From Bacillota bacterium (GTDB lineage: Bacteria > Bacillota > Limnochordia > DTU087), in assembly GCA_012518315.1 (NCBI GenBank), contig JAAYSL010000076.1, positions 1-61,130 of the forward strand: a DNA stretch of 61,130 nucleotides, read 5' to 3'. Of this stretch, positions 9,309-19,207 are shown piece after piece. Every line of letters begins with the position of its first letter. Within the stretch, counting starts at the first letter, position 1. Made by a program: the position numbers and the translations under genes. The notes below the pieces were generated by a model. It did not search any database. It was not told where the DNA came from and was given only the letters and a program-made list of their open reading frames with translations.

Positions 9309-9527
9309 TTGCCCACATACGAGTATCATTGCGAAAAATGCGGTCATTTCGAGGTATTCCAAAAGATCACCGCGGACCCTCTGGAGGAATGTCCAACCTG
9401 TGGTGGACAAGTCCAACGTCTCGTAAGCAAGAACGGCAATATTGTCTTTAAGGGGTCTGGATTCTACGTCACAGACAATCGTCATTCTAGCGATTCCAAG
9501 GAATCCTCTGATGACAAAGCATCTTAA
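9309..9527 (+). CDS. FmdB-family zinc-ribbon protein
   Basis: MPTYEYHCEKCGHFEV..CPTCGG matches the FmdB/CxxC zinc-ribbon N-terminus. The TTG start lies 7 nt after AAGGAGGG. Confidence 0.8.
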   Translation: MPTYEYHCEKCGHFEVFQKITADPLEECPTCGGQVQRLVSKNGNIVFKGSGFYVTDNRHSSDSKESSDDKAS

Positions 9528-9754
9528 ACACTGCAACCGATCTGCATTGTCTAGATGCCTAAGGCACTGGCGGGAGGGTCTTTGTACACCCTAGAGCCAT
9601 GAGTCCCAAAACCGTCCCGGAGCACCTTACCAGTACTTCGACTTCGAATCTTCTGCACGGTGAGAGGATTCTCCTCCCGCCTCGCTACATATAATATATG
9701 GTCATTTCCTACCCAGGTCAACAGTGGAAAGCAAAAGGAAGGGGTGTATAGAGG

Positions 9755-10087
9755 GTGATTCCCCTTTTGATGGCCGCACTTCTTGGGGCAATTATCGGCT
9801 GGCGGGGCCTACTGCCTAATCGCTGGACGAGCTACATACCCAAATTGAGCCGGGGCTTCTTGCTCCTAATGCTATTTGCCCTCGGGGCTAGAGTTGGTGC
9901 CAGTCCCGAGGTGCAAGCACATCTTGCATCTTTAGGTTTTAGGGCCTTGGTTATTAGCCTTGCTACTATCCTTGGCAGCGTGCTGGTTACGGCTATCACC
10001 GCCCCCCTTCTTCGGCGCCGTTCTTTTCAATCTGCCGATACCAACGCAGATGCAGCTATGGCCATGTCCAATCTTTCGCAAGATTAA
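9755..10087 (+). CDS. LysO/DUF340-family membrane protein, small subunit
   Basis: Three predicted TM helices, adjacent to the larger DUF340-like gene. This split arrangement is common in Firmicutes. The start is uncertain (GTG 9755 or ATG 9770). Confidence 0.5.
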   Translation: MIPLLMAALLGAIIGWRGLLPNRWTSYIPKLSRGFLLLMLFALGARVGASPEVQAHLASLGFRALVISLATILGSVLVTAITAPLLRRRSFQSADTNADAAMAMSNLSQD

Positions 10088-10117
10088 GTCCGAAACGCTC
10101 CAAGGAAAGGAAGAGCT

Positions 10118-10717
10118 ATGTTAACTATCCAAATACTCATCGCTCTAGCCCTGGGCCTTGTCTGTGGGAAGCTCTACCCGACGGCGCCCCTGTGGGAGTC
10201 CGTTGACACGATTACGCTTGTAGCTTTATATGCCTTGCTTTTCTTTATAGGAATAGACTTAGGCCGGAATCGGCAGATCTGGCAACAGATCGGAACCTAT
10301 GGTTGGCGGATACTACTCTTGCCTTGTGCCATTGCGGCGGGCACACTGGCAGGAGGGGCTCTGGCAGGCTGGCTCTTAGCTATGCCTGTACGGGAAGCCT
10401 TAGTGGCATCGGCCGCCTTTGGTTGGTACAGTCTGGCTGGTGTAATGATTAGCCAGATGGGTCATGTGGAACTAGGTGCATTGGCATTTCTAGTTAATCT
10501 CTTGCGGGAGCTTTTGGCATTCGTCCTAATACCTCTGGTGGCCAGCCATCTTGGCAATATACCTGCCATTGCCCCCGGGGGAGCCACGACCATGGATACT
10601 ACCCTACCACTAATTGCCGAAGTCACTGATTCCGAGGGTGTTGTAGCAGCCCTAATTAGCGGTGCCGTACTCTCCGCCTTAGTGCCAGTGCTAATCCCTT
10701 TACTTCTTGGTACTTAG
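10118..10717 (+). CDS. LysO/DUF340-family (lysine-exporter-like) membrane protein
   Basis: 199-aa polytopic protein whose Gly/Ala-rich TM helices resemble YbjE/LysO. ATG follows GGAAAGGAAGAG. Confidence 0.55.
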   Translation: MLTIQILIALALGLVCGKLYPTAPLWESVDTITLVALYALLFFIGIDLGRNRQIWQQIGTYGWRILLLPCAIAAGTLAGGALAGWLLAMPVREALVASAAFGWYSLAGVMISQMGHVELGALAFLVNLLRELLAFVLIPLVASHLGNIPAIAPGGATTMDTTLPLIAEVTDSEGVVAALISGAVLSALVPVLIPLLLGT

Positions 10718-10728
10718 CCATGGGTGAA

Positions 10729-11388
10729 CTAGTCTTCGGGCTTTGCTTCACCACTCATACACAGATCCCGGATCTGACACTCATGACAAAGAGGGTTTCT
10801 TGCCTTGCAGATGTGCCGGCCATGGTAGATTAAGAGATGATGGGCATCATGCCATTCCGCCTGGGGCAGGTTCTGCTTAAGCCCTTCTTCCACTTCCCTA
10901 GGTGTCTTACCTGTTGCTAATCCAACTCGGTTGCTTACTCTAAATACATGGGTATCCACTGGCATACTTGGCGTACCAAAGGCGTTGGTAAGCATGACAT
11001 TGGCAGTCTTCCGTCCCACCCCAGGCAACTTAACTAGACTGTGAAAGTCCGAGGGTACCTCCCCTCCATATTCCGCCAGAATCATCTGGCATGCCTCGAT
11101 GATATGTCGACTCTTCATGCGAAACAGCCCACATTCCCGAATCTCCTCCTGTAACTCATCCTCGCCCACCGAAAGAATTGCTTCTGGAGTACTGGCCCTG
11201 GCAAACAGACGCTCTGTTACTCTATTTACCCGTACATCGGTACACTGGGCCGATAGGATAGTGGCAATCAAAAGCTCGAAGGGCGTTGTAAAGTTGAGGC
11301 CACATTTAGCCTCTGGATACGCCTGCCTTAGCCGAGAGAGAATTTCTAGAATCTTTTCCTTGGATAGACCTTGGCCAATAACCTTCAT
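10729..11388 (-). CDS. nth: Endonuclease III
   Basis: The HhH-GPD motif LPGVGRKTANV is present, with the C-terminal Fe-S cluster CKARNPLCHECQIRDLC. Confidence 0.9.
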   Translation of the reverse strand: MKVIGQGLSKEKILEILSRLRQAYPEAKCGLNFTTPFELLIATILSAQCTDVRVNRVTERLFARASTPEAILSVGEDELQEEIRECGLFRMKSRHIIEACQMILAEYGGEVPSDFHSLVKLPGVGRKTANVMLTNAFGTPSMPVDTHVFRVSNRVGLATGKTPREVEEGLKQNLPQAEWHDAHHLLIYHGRHICKARNPLCHECQIRDLCMSGEAKPED

Positions 11389-11504
11389 TGGAGCATCCTT
11401 TCTTTTGGCGGATCACCCGGCAAAGGAGTGGCATCCAACTATGCTACCCTATGACACACTCTTGCCTTACCGAGCGTAGCATAGGTAGGTGGGAGGGAGT
11501 TCCT

Positions 11505-12926
11505 ATGTCTATACGACTCCATCGGCGTCTGTCTCTTTCCACTATCCGTCGCCAGGTTGTCGGCATCAACCAAAAAGTTCCCATCTACAATGGGCAACGT
11601 ATACCCTATGTCAATTTTGATAATGCAGCTAGTACACCAACCCTAAAGCCAGTTCTAGAGTCTATTCTCGATTTCCTCCCCTGGTACTCGGGAGTACATC
11701 GGGGTAGCGGCTATAAATCCGTCATATCTACCGCCACCTATGACGCGGCGCGGATTCAGATCGCCCAATTCTTTGGTGCCGACCCCGACTACCATGTTGT
11801 CATCTTTGGTAAGAACACCACCGAGGCCATCAATCTGCTGGCTGACAGACTGCAGTTTGAACCCGGTGATATGGTTCTTACCACCCTAATGGAGCACCAT
11901 TCTAATGATCTACCTTGGCGGCGGGTAGCGAAAGTGGTTCGGGCAGAAGTGGATGCCAAGGGGGCCTTAGATGAGCAGGATCTAGAAAAAAAGCTCACCT
12001 TATATCACCGGCGGATCAAATTGGTAGCCATCAGCGGTGCATCCAACGTCACCGGCTGGATTAACGATATTCATAGGATCGCCGCTCTAGCTCACAACTA
12101 CGGCATACCCATCATGGTGGATGGAGCCCAACTCGCTCCCCACCGAGCTATCAATCTGTTGCCACCGAGTGATCCGGCCCATGTCGATTTTCTAGCCATT
12201 TCCGGTCATAAATTGTACGCTCCCTTTGGTACCGGGGTACTCATTGGGCCAAGGCCTGTGTTTGAGCGGGGCAGTCCTCGATATGTCGGTGGTGGGACAG
12301 TCAGCCTAGTCACCCCTTTGGGTGTGGAATGGGCCACCCCACCGGCCAAAGATGAGGCCGGGTCTCCCAATGTGATCGGAGTCATCGCCCTGGCTACTGC
12401 CCTGACGGTACTAGAGGAGCTCGGCCTTGACAAAATAGAACACCATGAACAGTCCCTAATCGATTATGCCCTAGGGAAGTTTGGCCGGATTCCTGGATTG
12501 AAAATATACGGTTCTACCCAGCCACAAGATGTCAACCGCCTTGGGGTGATGTCCTTTGAACTGGAGGGATATCACCATGTTTTGGTGGCAGGACTATTGG
12601 CTTTCTATGGTGGTATAGGGGTACGCAGTGGGTGTTTCTGTGCCCAGCCCTACATCCAACGCCTACTTGGTCTAGACGGCACTGCCTTAGCTAGACTGCG
12701 ACATGATCTTTATACAGGTAAAGCACGCCATTTGCCGGGACTTGTACGAATTAGTTTTGGAATGTACAACTCACCTGAAGAGCTCGACCGCTTGGTAGAG
12801 GCTCTCCAGGTGATCCTGTCTTATTCTCCCCGGTATTGGCAAGAGCAGCTAGTCTGGGATGATAGCCTAGAATGTTACATTCCCCGTGATAAAAGGTTTA
12901 CGCTTGGGATAGAACCAATCTCTTAG
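11505..12926 (+). CDS. Class-V aminotransferase / cysteine-desulfurase-like PLP enzyme
   Basis: ISGHKLYAPFGTG contains the SGHK PLP-lysine motif. The start is re-called to ATG 11505 after GGGAGGGAG. The track ORF begins at TTG 11388. Confidence 0.75.
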   Translation: MSIRLHRRLSLSTIRRQVVGINQKVPIYNGQRIPYVNFDNAASTPTLKPVLESILDFLPWYSGVHRGSGYKSVISTATYDAARIQIAQFFGADPDYHVVIFGKNTTEAINLLADRLQFEPGDMVLTTLMEHHSNDLPWRRVAKVVRAEVDAKGALDEQDLEKKLTLYHRRIKLVAISGASNVTGWINDIHRIAALAHNYGIPIMVDGAQLAPHRAINLLPPSDPAHVDFLAISGHKLYAPFGTGVLIGPRPVFERGSPRYVGGGTVSLVTPLGVEWATPPAKDEAGSPNVIGVIALATALTVLEELGLDKIEHHEQSLIDYALGKFGRIPGLKIYGSTQPQDVNRLGVMSFELEGYHHVLVAGLLAFYGGIGVRSGCFCAQPYIQRLLGLDGTALARLRHDLYTGKARHLPGLVRISFGMYNSPEELDRLVEALQVILSYSPRYWQEQLVWDDSLECYIPRDKRFTLGIEPIS

Positions 12927-13702
12927 AAAGAGTCTTGTTCCAAAACTGTCTGCCAGGTATCCCTAAGGAAAGCTAGCGCTGTCTTTATGTTGCTAGCGAA
13001 ATCATCAAAACTACACTCCAAGGACATCCGCCCATCATAACCAGCCCCCTTCACCTGGCGGAAAAAGGTCAAATAATCATATTGGCCACTTCCCGGCCAT
13101 TTGCGCCCAGTATCAGCCAGGTGAAAATGGGCAAGTCTATCCCTGTAGGTAACGATATTCTCCAGAGGCTCGTCACCTTCTGTCATATGGTAGTAATCTG
13201 CCGTGACCGCTACCTGCTCTAGATTTACAGCCTCGGCCAGCTCGGCAGCTTCACCCACATAGTTAAGGAGGTTGCATTCTGCCTGCCGCAACGGCTCAAT
13301 ACCGATGACCAAATCGTGTCGACCGGCAAATTCACCTAAAAACTTGACGAAGTCAACTACCTGTTCCCTAGCTTTTTCTTGGGGAAAACCTTCTGGCACC
13401 CTCCGAGAACGGCCACTACCAAAGACAACTACCTTACCGCCTAGCTCCTCCGCTCTAGGCAAAACAGCCTTGACATATCCAGAGATCTCATCCCAATCAA
13501 CCTCAGGCCCTACCACCTTAATATCGCTGGGAAGTAGCACATTAAAAGCCTCTACTCTGAGCTTTGATTTATCTACCGCGGTCTTTATCTTGTCATATTG
13601 CTCTCTATCAGCAAGACTAACCATGGTTAGTTCCAGATAATCATAGCCGACATCTTCCAGTAGGGCCAGGTTATCAACTGTAGTACAGCAACCCCACCGC
13701 AT
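12923..13702 (-). CDS. Xylose-isomerase-like TIM-barrel sugar-phosphate isomerase/epimerase
   Basis: AP_endonuc_2-like pattern: YDYLEL, GIEPL and HFHLADT metal-ligand motifs. ATG follows GGGGGGAGA. Confidence 0.7.
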   Translation of the reverse strand: MRWGCCTTVDNLALLEDVGYDYLELTMVSLADREQYDKIKTAVDKSKLRVEAFNVLLPSDIKVVGPEVDWDEISGYVKAVLPRAEELGGKVVVFGSGRSRRVPEGFPQEKAREQVVDFVKFLGEFAGRHDLVIGIEPLRQAECNLLNYVGEAAELAEAVNLEQVAVTADYYHMTEGDEPLENIVTYRDRLAHFHLADTGRKWPGSGQYDYLTFFRQVKGAGYDGRMSLECSFDDFASNIKTALAFLRDTWQTVLEQDSF

Positions 13703-13713
13703 TTGTCTCCCCC

Positions 13714-14538
13714 CTATGTATAGGTGATCCCAAGATCATCCAGGATTTGCTTCAAGGCCATCGTCGCCTTATGGAAAAGCTCAGGCCCACTATACCCCCC
13801 TGCTGTGCCTGCGATAGCCAAATGCGGTTCTAGAGAGAGAAAACCCGTGTATTCTTTGTCCTTCAATGCCTTTAGTAGCTCCCGGAGCTCCCCATCACCT
13901 TCCCCGGCAGGAACGACCTTTCCATCGGCCATCTGGGCATCTTTAATATGGCAATACTCTACATAATCTTCCAGTAGTGGGTAGCAGTGGGCATAAGGTT
14001 TTTGCTTCTGTTGGATGAAATTGGCTGGATCGAAAATGGCCCTAAGGTTCCACTTAGCTAGGCTATCTAGAAGATCCAGGCAGCGCTCTGCTGTATTGCC
14101 ATAGATACCACTCTCATTTTCATGTAATAGCATAACCTCAGAACCCTGGGCAGCCTCCAGCATCGCTGATAACCTATCTAGTACCTGATTGCGGTAAGCT
14201 TCAGGGGATCCACCTTGAGGAATGTAGAAGGAAAAGAGCCTAATGTACTGGGTTTCTAAGGCTACGGCAATATCCAGAATACGACGGAAATCATCCATAT
14301 GTGGTGGAAAGGGATCCTCGATCCCGATCTTGCCGATCGGTGAACCGATGGCAGATACTTGGAATCCACCTGCATCCAGAGACTGTTTGATCCGTTTGAT
14401 CTCGCCGTTATCTAGGTCGACTACGTTTTTTCCCCATACGCCCCTGAGTTCCAGATATCTTATACCCTCCTCTTCCAAAATCTGTAGTTGCTCATCCAGG
14501 TTAGGTGAGATCTCATCAGCAAATCCACTCAGCTTCAT
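13714..14538 (-). CDS. Xylose-isomerase-like TIM-barrel sugar-phosphate isomerase/epimerase
   Basis: IRYLELR, LLHENE, HIKDA and SLEPH motifs are present. The start is re-called to ATG 14538 (MKLSGFADEIS) after AAGGAGGTG. The track ORF starts at 14628. Confidence 0.7.
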   Translation of the reverse strand: MKLSGFADEISPNLDEQLQILEEEGIRYLELRGVWGKNVVDLDNGEIKRIKQSLDAGGFQVSAIGSPIGKIGIEDPFPPHMDDFRRILDIAVALETQYIRLFSFYIPQGGSPEAYRNQVLDRLSAMLEAAQGSEVMLLHENESGIYGNTAERCLDLLDSLAKWNLRAIFDPANFIQQKQKPYAHCYPLLEDYVEYCHIKDAQMADGKVVPAGEGDGELRELLKALKDKEYTGFLSLEPHLAIAGTAGGYSGPELFHKATMALKQILDDLGITYT

Positions 14539-14693
14539 CACACCAAACACCTCCTTGGTATTCAACCCACGTGTCACTAGATATCTCATACCATCGTATC
14601 TAAGTGAGCCTGAGGGTATTTTGCGCATCTACTATCTTCCCGTTGCCATCATCAAGTTACACGCCTCGACCAATCATTAGAGTCCCAGGTTAC

Positions 14694-16088
14694 TCAAACA
14701 GCTCCCCCCGATTTGGGCACCGGATCCTTGTAGGTATCATAAATCAATCGGAACTCATCTAGAGAGGAGTGAAAGCAATCTATGATTCCTGGTTCAAAAT
14801 GTGTCCCACTGCCAGCTACAACAGTTTCGACGGCCCGCTCAAAGGAATACACCGGCTTATAAGGGCGGGGTGATGTCAGTGCATCAAATACATCGGCGAC
14901 TGCTACAATTCGAGCGCAAAGGGGAATCTCCACCCCCGATAGGCCTTCGGGGTAACCAGTACCATCATAACGTTCATGATGGTAAGCAGCTATATTGATC
15001 GCACGCCCGAATAAGGGATGGCTCAACCGACAGGCTTCTGCCTCTGCCTCTCTTAGGGCCGCTGCTCCGATGATAGTATGTCGCTTCATGATCTCAAACT
15101 CGTCTTTCGTCAATTTGCCTGGTTTCAGTAAAATGCGGTCAGGGATACCTACCTTGCCAATGTCATGCAAAGGACTGAAATTGTATATATCCTGGATGAA
15201 AGCGTCATCGATTTCCTGATCATAGGGTGAGCGAGTTACCATGGCATCAGCCAATGTAGCCGCGTACCTGCGCATGCGCTGCAAGTGTTCGCCGGTTTCC
15301 GTATCCCGAAATGCCGCTAGCCTCGCAAAACCCATGGCGGAGGACAGAATCAAATTCCCAATGACAATGCTTCTTTCTAAAGCCGGGGCTATACAGCTTG
15401 CGGCCAATTCCAGAAACTCCACATGGCGCCAATCATAGGCATTAGGCATCCGGCTAGAGAAAAACAATGCCCCCACTAGCCGCCCATCCACCGCAAGTGG
15501 CAAGGTAATGCTAGATCGTATGCCTTCTTCCACGATGTATCGGGTGGATTCCGAATCAGGATGCTCTCTTAAGTATTCCTCCAAGTCGGGAATGATCCTC
15601 GGTCTACCCTCCTGGATAACCTGGGGCAGGCTCGTTTCCTCCAATGGCAGTGTATAGCCGTTGTATAGCTTGATCGGCAACCGTGAACGGGCCTTTTCTG
15701 CTCGAATAGTCTTCTCCTCACAGTTGATCAAAGCAACCCCCATCCTGTCATAGGGAAGGAATTGCTCAAAGGATTCATAGATAAAGTCAAAAACGTCCCC
15801 AAAGGAGGCACAGGTCGCCATTTTGCCATTGAGCTGAAGGAAGCTCTCCATCCTATCTGCCATATAGTTCACACCACGAGCCAGCTCTCCTGCCCCATGG
15901 GACCAGTTGGTCGGTAATCTCTGGCTTAGATCACCCTGGGACATGTGATCAAGCAAGCGGATGGTCTCCTGCAATGGCCGAGCCTGTCGGCGGCAGATCA
16001 GCCAAGTTGCATAGGCACCCAAAGCTACCCCAAGTAGTAAGGTGACGCCACTCATAGCGATACCTCTCTTCCCCATATTCTCCTGCAT
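14694..16088 (-). CDS. Membrane-anchored HAMP-like/GAF/HD-GYP c-di-GMP phosphodiesterase
   Basis: The HD-GYP signatures HDIGKVGIP and HHERYDGTGYP are present. One TM helix (VTLLLGVALGAYATWLI) precedes a GAF-like middle region. The start is uncertain (ATG 16088, 16076 or 16055); the track ORF extends to 16193. Confidence 0.8.
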   Translation of the reverse strand: MQENMGKRGIAMSGVTLLLGVALGAYATWLICRRQARPLQETIRLLDHMSQGDLSQRLPTNWSHGAGELARGVNYMADRMESFLQLNGKMATCASFGDVFDFIYESFEQFLPYDRMGVALINCEEKTIRAEKARSRLPIKLYNGYTLPLEETSLPQVIQEGRPRIIPDLEEYLREHPDSESTRYIVEEGIRSSITLPLAVDGRLVGALFFSSRMPNAYDWRHVEFLELAASCIAPALERSIVIGNLILSSAMGFARLAAFRDTETGEHLQRMRRYAATLADAMVTRSPYDQEIDDAFIQDIYNFSPLHDIGKVGIPDRILLKPGKLTKDEFEIMKRHTIIGAAALREAEAEACRLSHPLFGRAINIAAYHHERYDGTGYPEGLSGVEIPLCARIVAVADVFDALTSPRPYKPVYSFERAVETVVAGSGTHFEPGIIDCFHSSLDEFRLIYDTYKDPVPKSGGAV

Positions 16089-16521
16089 ATTTACCCCTAT
16101 ACCAGGAATCCTAGACACTAGGAGTACGGTTAGGTCATTTGGCCTACCCCTCACTACTGGTTCTACTACAGACTTCTGGCAAACTGGCTTCATCCCTCCC
16201 TGTGGTCAGCAAGTTGTATCATCTCTAGCAAAATGATGGCCAGCACATATCGAGATTCTCGAAACTAGATTATTTTTGATAATTGCGTATCTAGCCCACA
16301 GGTCGGCAGGTATTTCATAAACGTTGCCGAATTCTATTGCTTAATAGGCTACTCTGTCACACTATTTCCGCCATTATGCCGTTACCTCTACTTTGTCTAT
16401 TGACTATACTAATGCCTCTACTAATCGTCAGTGGCCAATAAGTCCACGGGAAGCAGATTTACATCGATGTGGAACCGCACCTACTTGCGGTTCCCGTTCT
16501 GGATACATAGGAGGGATTTTG

Positions 16522-17271
16522 ATGTCCGTGACCGGAAAGACACTGAGTGAGACTGCGATGGAGATCGGAGTTGAACCCTCTACTATTAAGTATTGGTGTG
16601 AGGAGTTTAGCAACTTTATCCGCCCTCGCCGGACACCGGGTGGTCATCGCCGTTTTAGTGAAGAAGACATTCGGGATCTGCAATACTTGCGCCAGCTACT
16701 ACACTTCCAGAACCTTTCTATCAAGCAGGCAAAGGATTATCTCAATCAATCAGGCAATCGGGCTCCCCTACCGGAAGTACGGGAGATGCAGGTCACGCCA
16801 TTGGGAACCTCAGCCATTGCAACCTTTACCCAAGAGATCTGTCGCCACTTAGAGAACCAAATGGAACTCATCGCCGAAGACCAGCTAAAATCCATCCAGG
16901 CTGCCCTGGAACAAACTGCAGCCACAATGCTTGACGAAATGCGAGAATTGGAGGCCGAGCACTTCACCCAATGGAGCCGCCTAGTTGAACATACGGCTGG
17001 GAAAACCAATGAGAAGCTACTTACTGCAGTGGACGGACTAAAACGAACCCCTCAAGAGATTGAGGAGTTCAAAAGGATGTATGCCGAAGCCAAAGATCGG
17101 TGGTTAGTTGAAGAAGCAAAGGTGAGAATGGATATCCAACGCCTGAGAAGTGAGCTCAATGAGGTGCAAAATCAGAGCCTTTGGCAACGGATAGTTTGGG
17201 CTGTCTTTCGCCGGGGAAAACAGTTTAGTGATACGGACAGCCAAGACAAGACTGCTGATCCTGTTGACTAA
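16522..17271 (+). CDS. MerR-type HTH protein with long C-terminal coiled coil
   Basis: LSETAMEIGVEPSTIKYWCEEF..GGHRRFSEEDIRDL is a MerR-like HTH. About 150 aa of heptad-rich helix follow. ATG 16522 follows AGGAGGGA. The track ORF starts at 16393. Confidence 0.7.
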   Translation: MSVTGKTLSETAMEIGVEPSTIKYWCEEFSNFIRPRRTPGGHRRFSEEDIRDLQYLRQLLHFQNLSIKQAKDYLNQSGNRAPLPEVREMQVTPLGTSAIATFTQEICRHLENQMELIAEDQLKSIQAALEQTAATMLDEMRELEAEHFTQWSRLVEHTAGKTNEKLLTAVDGLKRTPQEIEEFKRMYAEAKDRWLVEEAKVRMDIQRLRSELNEVQNQSLWQRIVWAVFRRGKQFSDTDSQDKTADPVD

Positions 17272-17680
17272 AAGGGCTGCTAGAGCGGTTCACAACGGTG
17301 TATTCAGTTTGAAGCCGATTTCCCTTTTTCAAACCAATGATCATCACACCAGCAGCCAAGGCTAATGCCCACACCGCTGGATAGGGTACCGATAGTGTCC
17401 CTGCTAGTCCATAGGAACTGACCCCAACTAGAATTGGCAGAATGTAAACTGAAAATGCTGCCCCTAATGCTGCTTTGCTTTCAAAGCTGACCTCCACAAA
17501 ATCGCCCAATTGCACTCCAACAGTATCTACAGCATCTACCCTTACCTCTGAGGTGGTATCTGGTAGTATGCGATGACTACAGCTGCCGTGGGAACACATA
17601 TTACCTCTTTTGAACTCCACTGTAACAGTATGGTCACCGGGCTTTATTGCAGTGACTTGTCCTGTCCGTCTGCTCATCAT
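17225..17680 (-). CDS. RseC/MucC-family (SoxR-reducing-system-like) membrane protein
   Basis: N-terminal Cys cluster (CSHGSCSH) in a beta-rich domain, followed by two TM helices. This is the typical RseC layout. Confidence 0.55.
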   Translation of the reverse strand: MMSRRTGQVTAIKPGDHTVTVEFKRGNMCSHGSCSHRILPDTTSEVRVDAVDTVGVQLGDFVEVSFESKAALGAAFSVYILPILVGVSSYGLAGTLSVPYPAVWALALAAGVMIIGLKKGNRLQTEYTVVNRSSSPFSQQDQQSCLGCPYH

Positions 17681-17755
17681 TTGTCCCTTCTTTATATAAA
17701 GGAGTCGGTATTACTACGACCTCTAAGATGGCTCATGGGTGAGACCATATCTCTG

Positions 17756-18679
17756 TTATATCTCCGGATAGGGCAGAACATAATCCATCTCCACTTTGCC
17801 CACACCTACAGAGACGGTAATATCATAGGCTGAAGGGCTAGTTGCGTAATCCTCACTCATCCAATAGTCCCCCGCCCTCTGCAAACCTAGCTCACGGAGA
17901 TTGTTGGTTCCCACAGGATTGGTGATGTGTACCCGCACCCCAACCCCTCGAGGAACATGTAACTTAAGGGAGGAAGCGCCCCCCTCTACCAGAACCTCCC
18001 CACGGATCCCACGATTAGATAGGGTCAAATCTACATTTCCAGCCCCGAGTTTAAGTTCGAGCCTCTGTAGTGGAATATTGCGAAAGTCTCCCCTCAGCTT
18101 GCCCGCACCCATTTCCACCTGCAGATCCCAAGGCACCATTTGGCCAAGAAGAATACTGCCTCGGTAACCGCTGTTACCCATCATAAACCCGCGATAGCGA
18201 GATGATGAGACCTTCACTACTGCCCGATTGGATCGCTGTTGGAAGTTCCAGATTGGTGCACCCCCATGCTGATAGAACATTTTCCCCGAGATGAGATCCT
18301 CAGAGGAACCGAGAATGTCTATCGTCCCAGCTCCAAGCTCCACCTGAAGCTCAGCCCCACTAATGGAAGAATCCCATGGCCTCGCAAAGCTTGCCGATCG
18401 CTGCCACAGGTGTCCTTGAAACGGTAGGTGAGGGACATATGGTAACCCCACCGGGTAGAAGGCAGCATACAAGATGGCCGCGATGAGTATTAGGGGACCC
18501 AAGAAAACCCAACGACTCCGGGCAAACAGCAAGGTCACTCCCAAAGAGATGAGTAGCACCGGCCAGATCTGCCAAAGGCTTCCCCAAAAATCCCATCTAA
18601 GATATCCCAGATTGCTCATCAAAATCAAGATCCCCGCCAGGATCAATACAGCCCCAAACCAAAGCTGTCGGGCTCTCAT
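17756..18679 (-). CDS. LiaF-like (DUF2154) cell-envelope stress protein
   Basis: Four N-terminal TM helices, then repetitive LGAG-x-D/L beta-strand repeats: VELGAGTIDIL, EMGAGKLRGDF and KLGAGNVDLTL. Confidence 0.6.
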   Translation of the reverse strand: MRARQLWFGAVLILAGILILMSNLGYLRWDFWGSLWQIWPVLLISLGVTLLFARSRWVFLGPLILIAAILYAAFYPVGLPYVPHLPFQGHLWQRSASFARPWDSSISGAELQVELGAGTIDILGSSEDLISGKMFYQHGGAPIWNFQQRSNRAVVKVSSSRYRGFMMGNSGYRGSILLGQMVPWDLQVEMGAGKLRGDFRNIPLQRLELKLGAGNVDLTLSNRGIRGEVLVEGGASSLKLHVPRGVGVRVHITNPVGTNNLRELGLQRAGDYWMSEDYATSPSAYDITVSVGVGKVEMDYVLPYPEI

Positions 18680-18682
18680 GGG

Positions 18683-19126
18683 CTACCTCCACCCCCTCAC
18701 CAGTATGACCAATCCAGCGGCAATAAGACCGGCTGGCAACAGCCATGCAGGATCAATCCAAAAAGCGGTCTTCTCTGCCAGTAACAGAACCCCTGCCAAA
18801 AGCAGCAACCCGCCAAACAGTCGCCGCCGATTTTCCGAATCAGCTTGTGGAGAACTCTCCATTGGATCAGACTCGTCGTTAGCCTGTTTGCCATCACTAG
18901 CCTCATCCACAGTAGAGGCTGCATTCTGTTCTCGCCTAACCACAATCGGTTCCTCAGGAATAAGGATCCAGGCGATTATATAGAGAAGAACACCATTTCC
19001 CCCGGCAAACCCCAATAGTACCCAAAGCAGTCTCACGATCACTGGGTCTACCTGGAAATACTCACCAAGACCCCCAGCTATGCCGGCAATAACTCGATTG
19101 GTGCGTGAACGATAAAGCCTAGCCAT
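18683..19126 (-). CDS. PspC-domain membrane protein
   Basis: LYRSRTNRVIAGIAGGLGEYFQVDPVIVRLLWVLL is the PspC domain. ATG 19126 follows GGGGTGAGAAG. The track ORF starts at 19225. Confidence 0.85.
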   Translation of the reverse strand: MARLYRSRTNRVIAGIAGGLGEYFQVDPVIVRLLWVLLGFAGGNGVLLYIIAWILIPEEPIVVRREQNAASTVDEASDGKQANDESDPMESSPQADSENRRRLFGGLLLLAGVLLLAEKTAFWIDPAWLLPAGLIAAGLVILVRGWR

Positions 19127-19190
19127 CTTCTCACCCCTTTGCTTATCTCGCCAAAACCTTGTCACCAGCATTGGACACATTCCTAAGAGC

Positions 19191-19207
19191 AATGATAGTA
19201 TATCATT
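19191..19207. promoter_or_regulatory. Palindromic operator candidate upstream of pspC
   Basis: AATGATA-GTA-TATCATT has perfect 7-bp arms and lies 65-81 nt upstream of the pspC ATG. On the minus strand it overlaps a TATACT -10-like hexamer. Confidence 0.3.

Noticed and set aside
9270-9536. 88-aa minus-strand ORF
   Set aside because: It is antisense to the FmdB zinc-ribbon gene, which has an unmistakable conserved N-terminus and a good Shine-Dalgarno.
9640-9665. TTCGAATC, a tRNA T-loop-like string
   Set aside because: No flanking 5-bp T-stem, acceptor stem or anticodon arm can be drawn. The same holds for GGTTCGATACC at 33745.
9528-9754. Lysine (L-box) riboswitch upstream of the LysO-like exporter
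   Set aside because: The conserved L-box elements I know (AGAGGNGC, GAGUA, GCCGAAG, CUGUCA) are absent.
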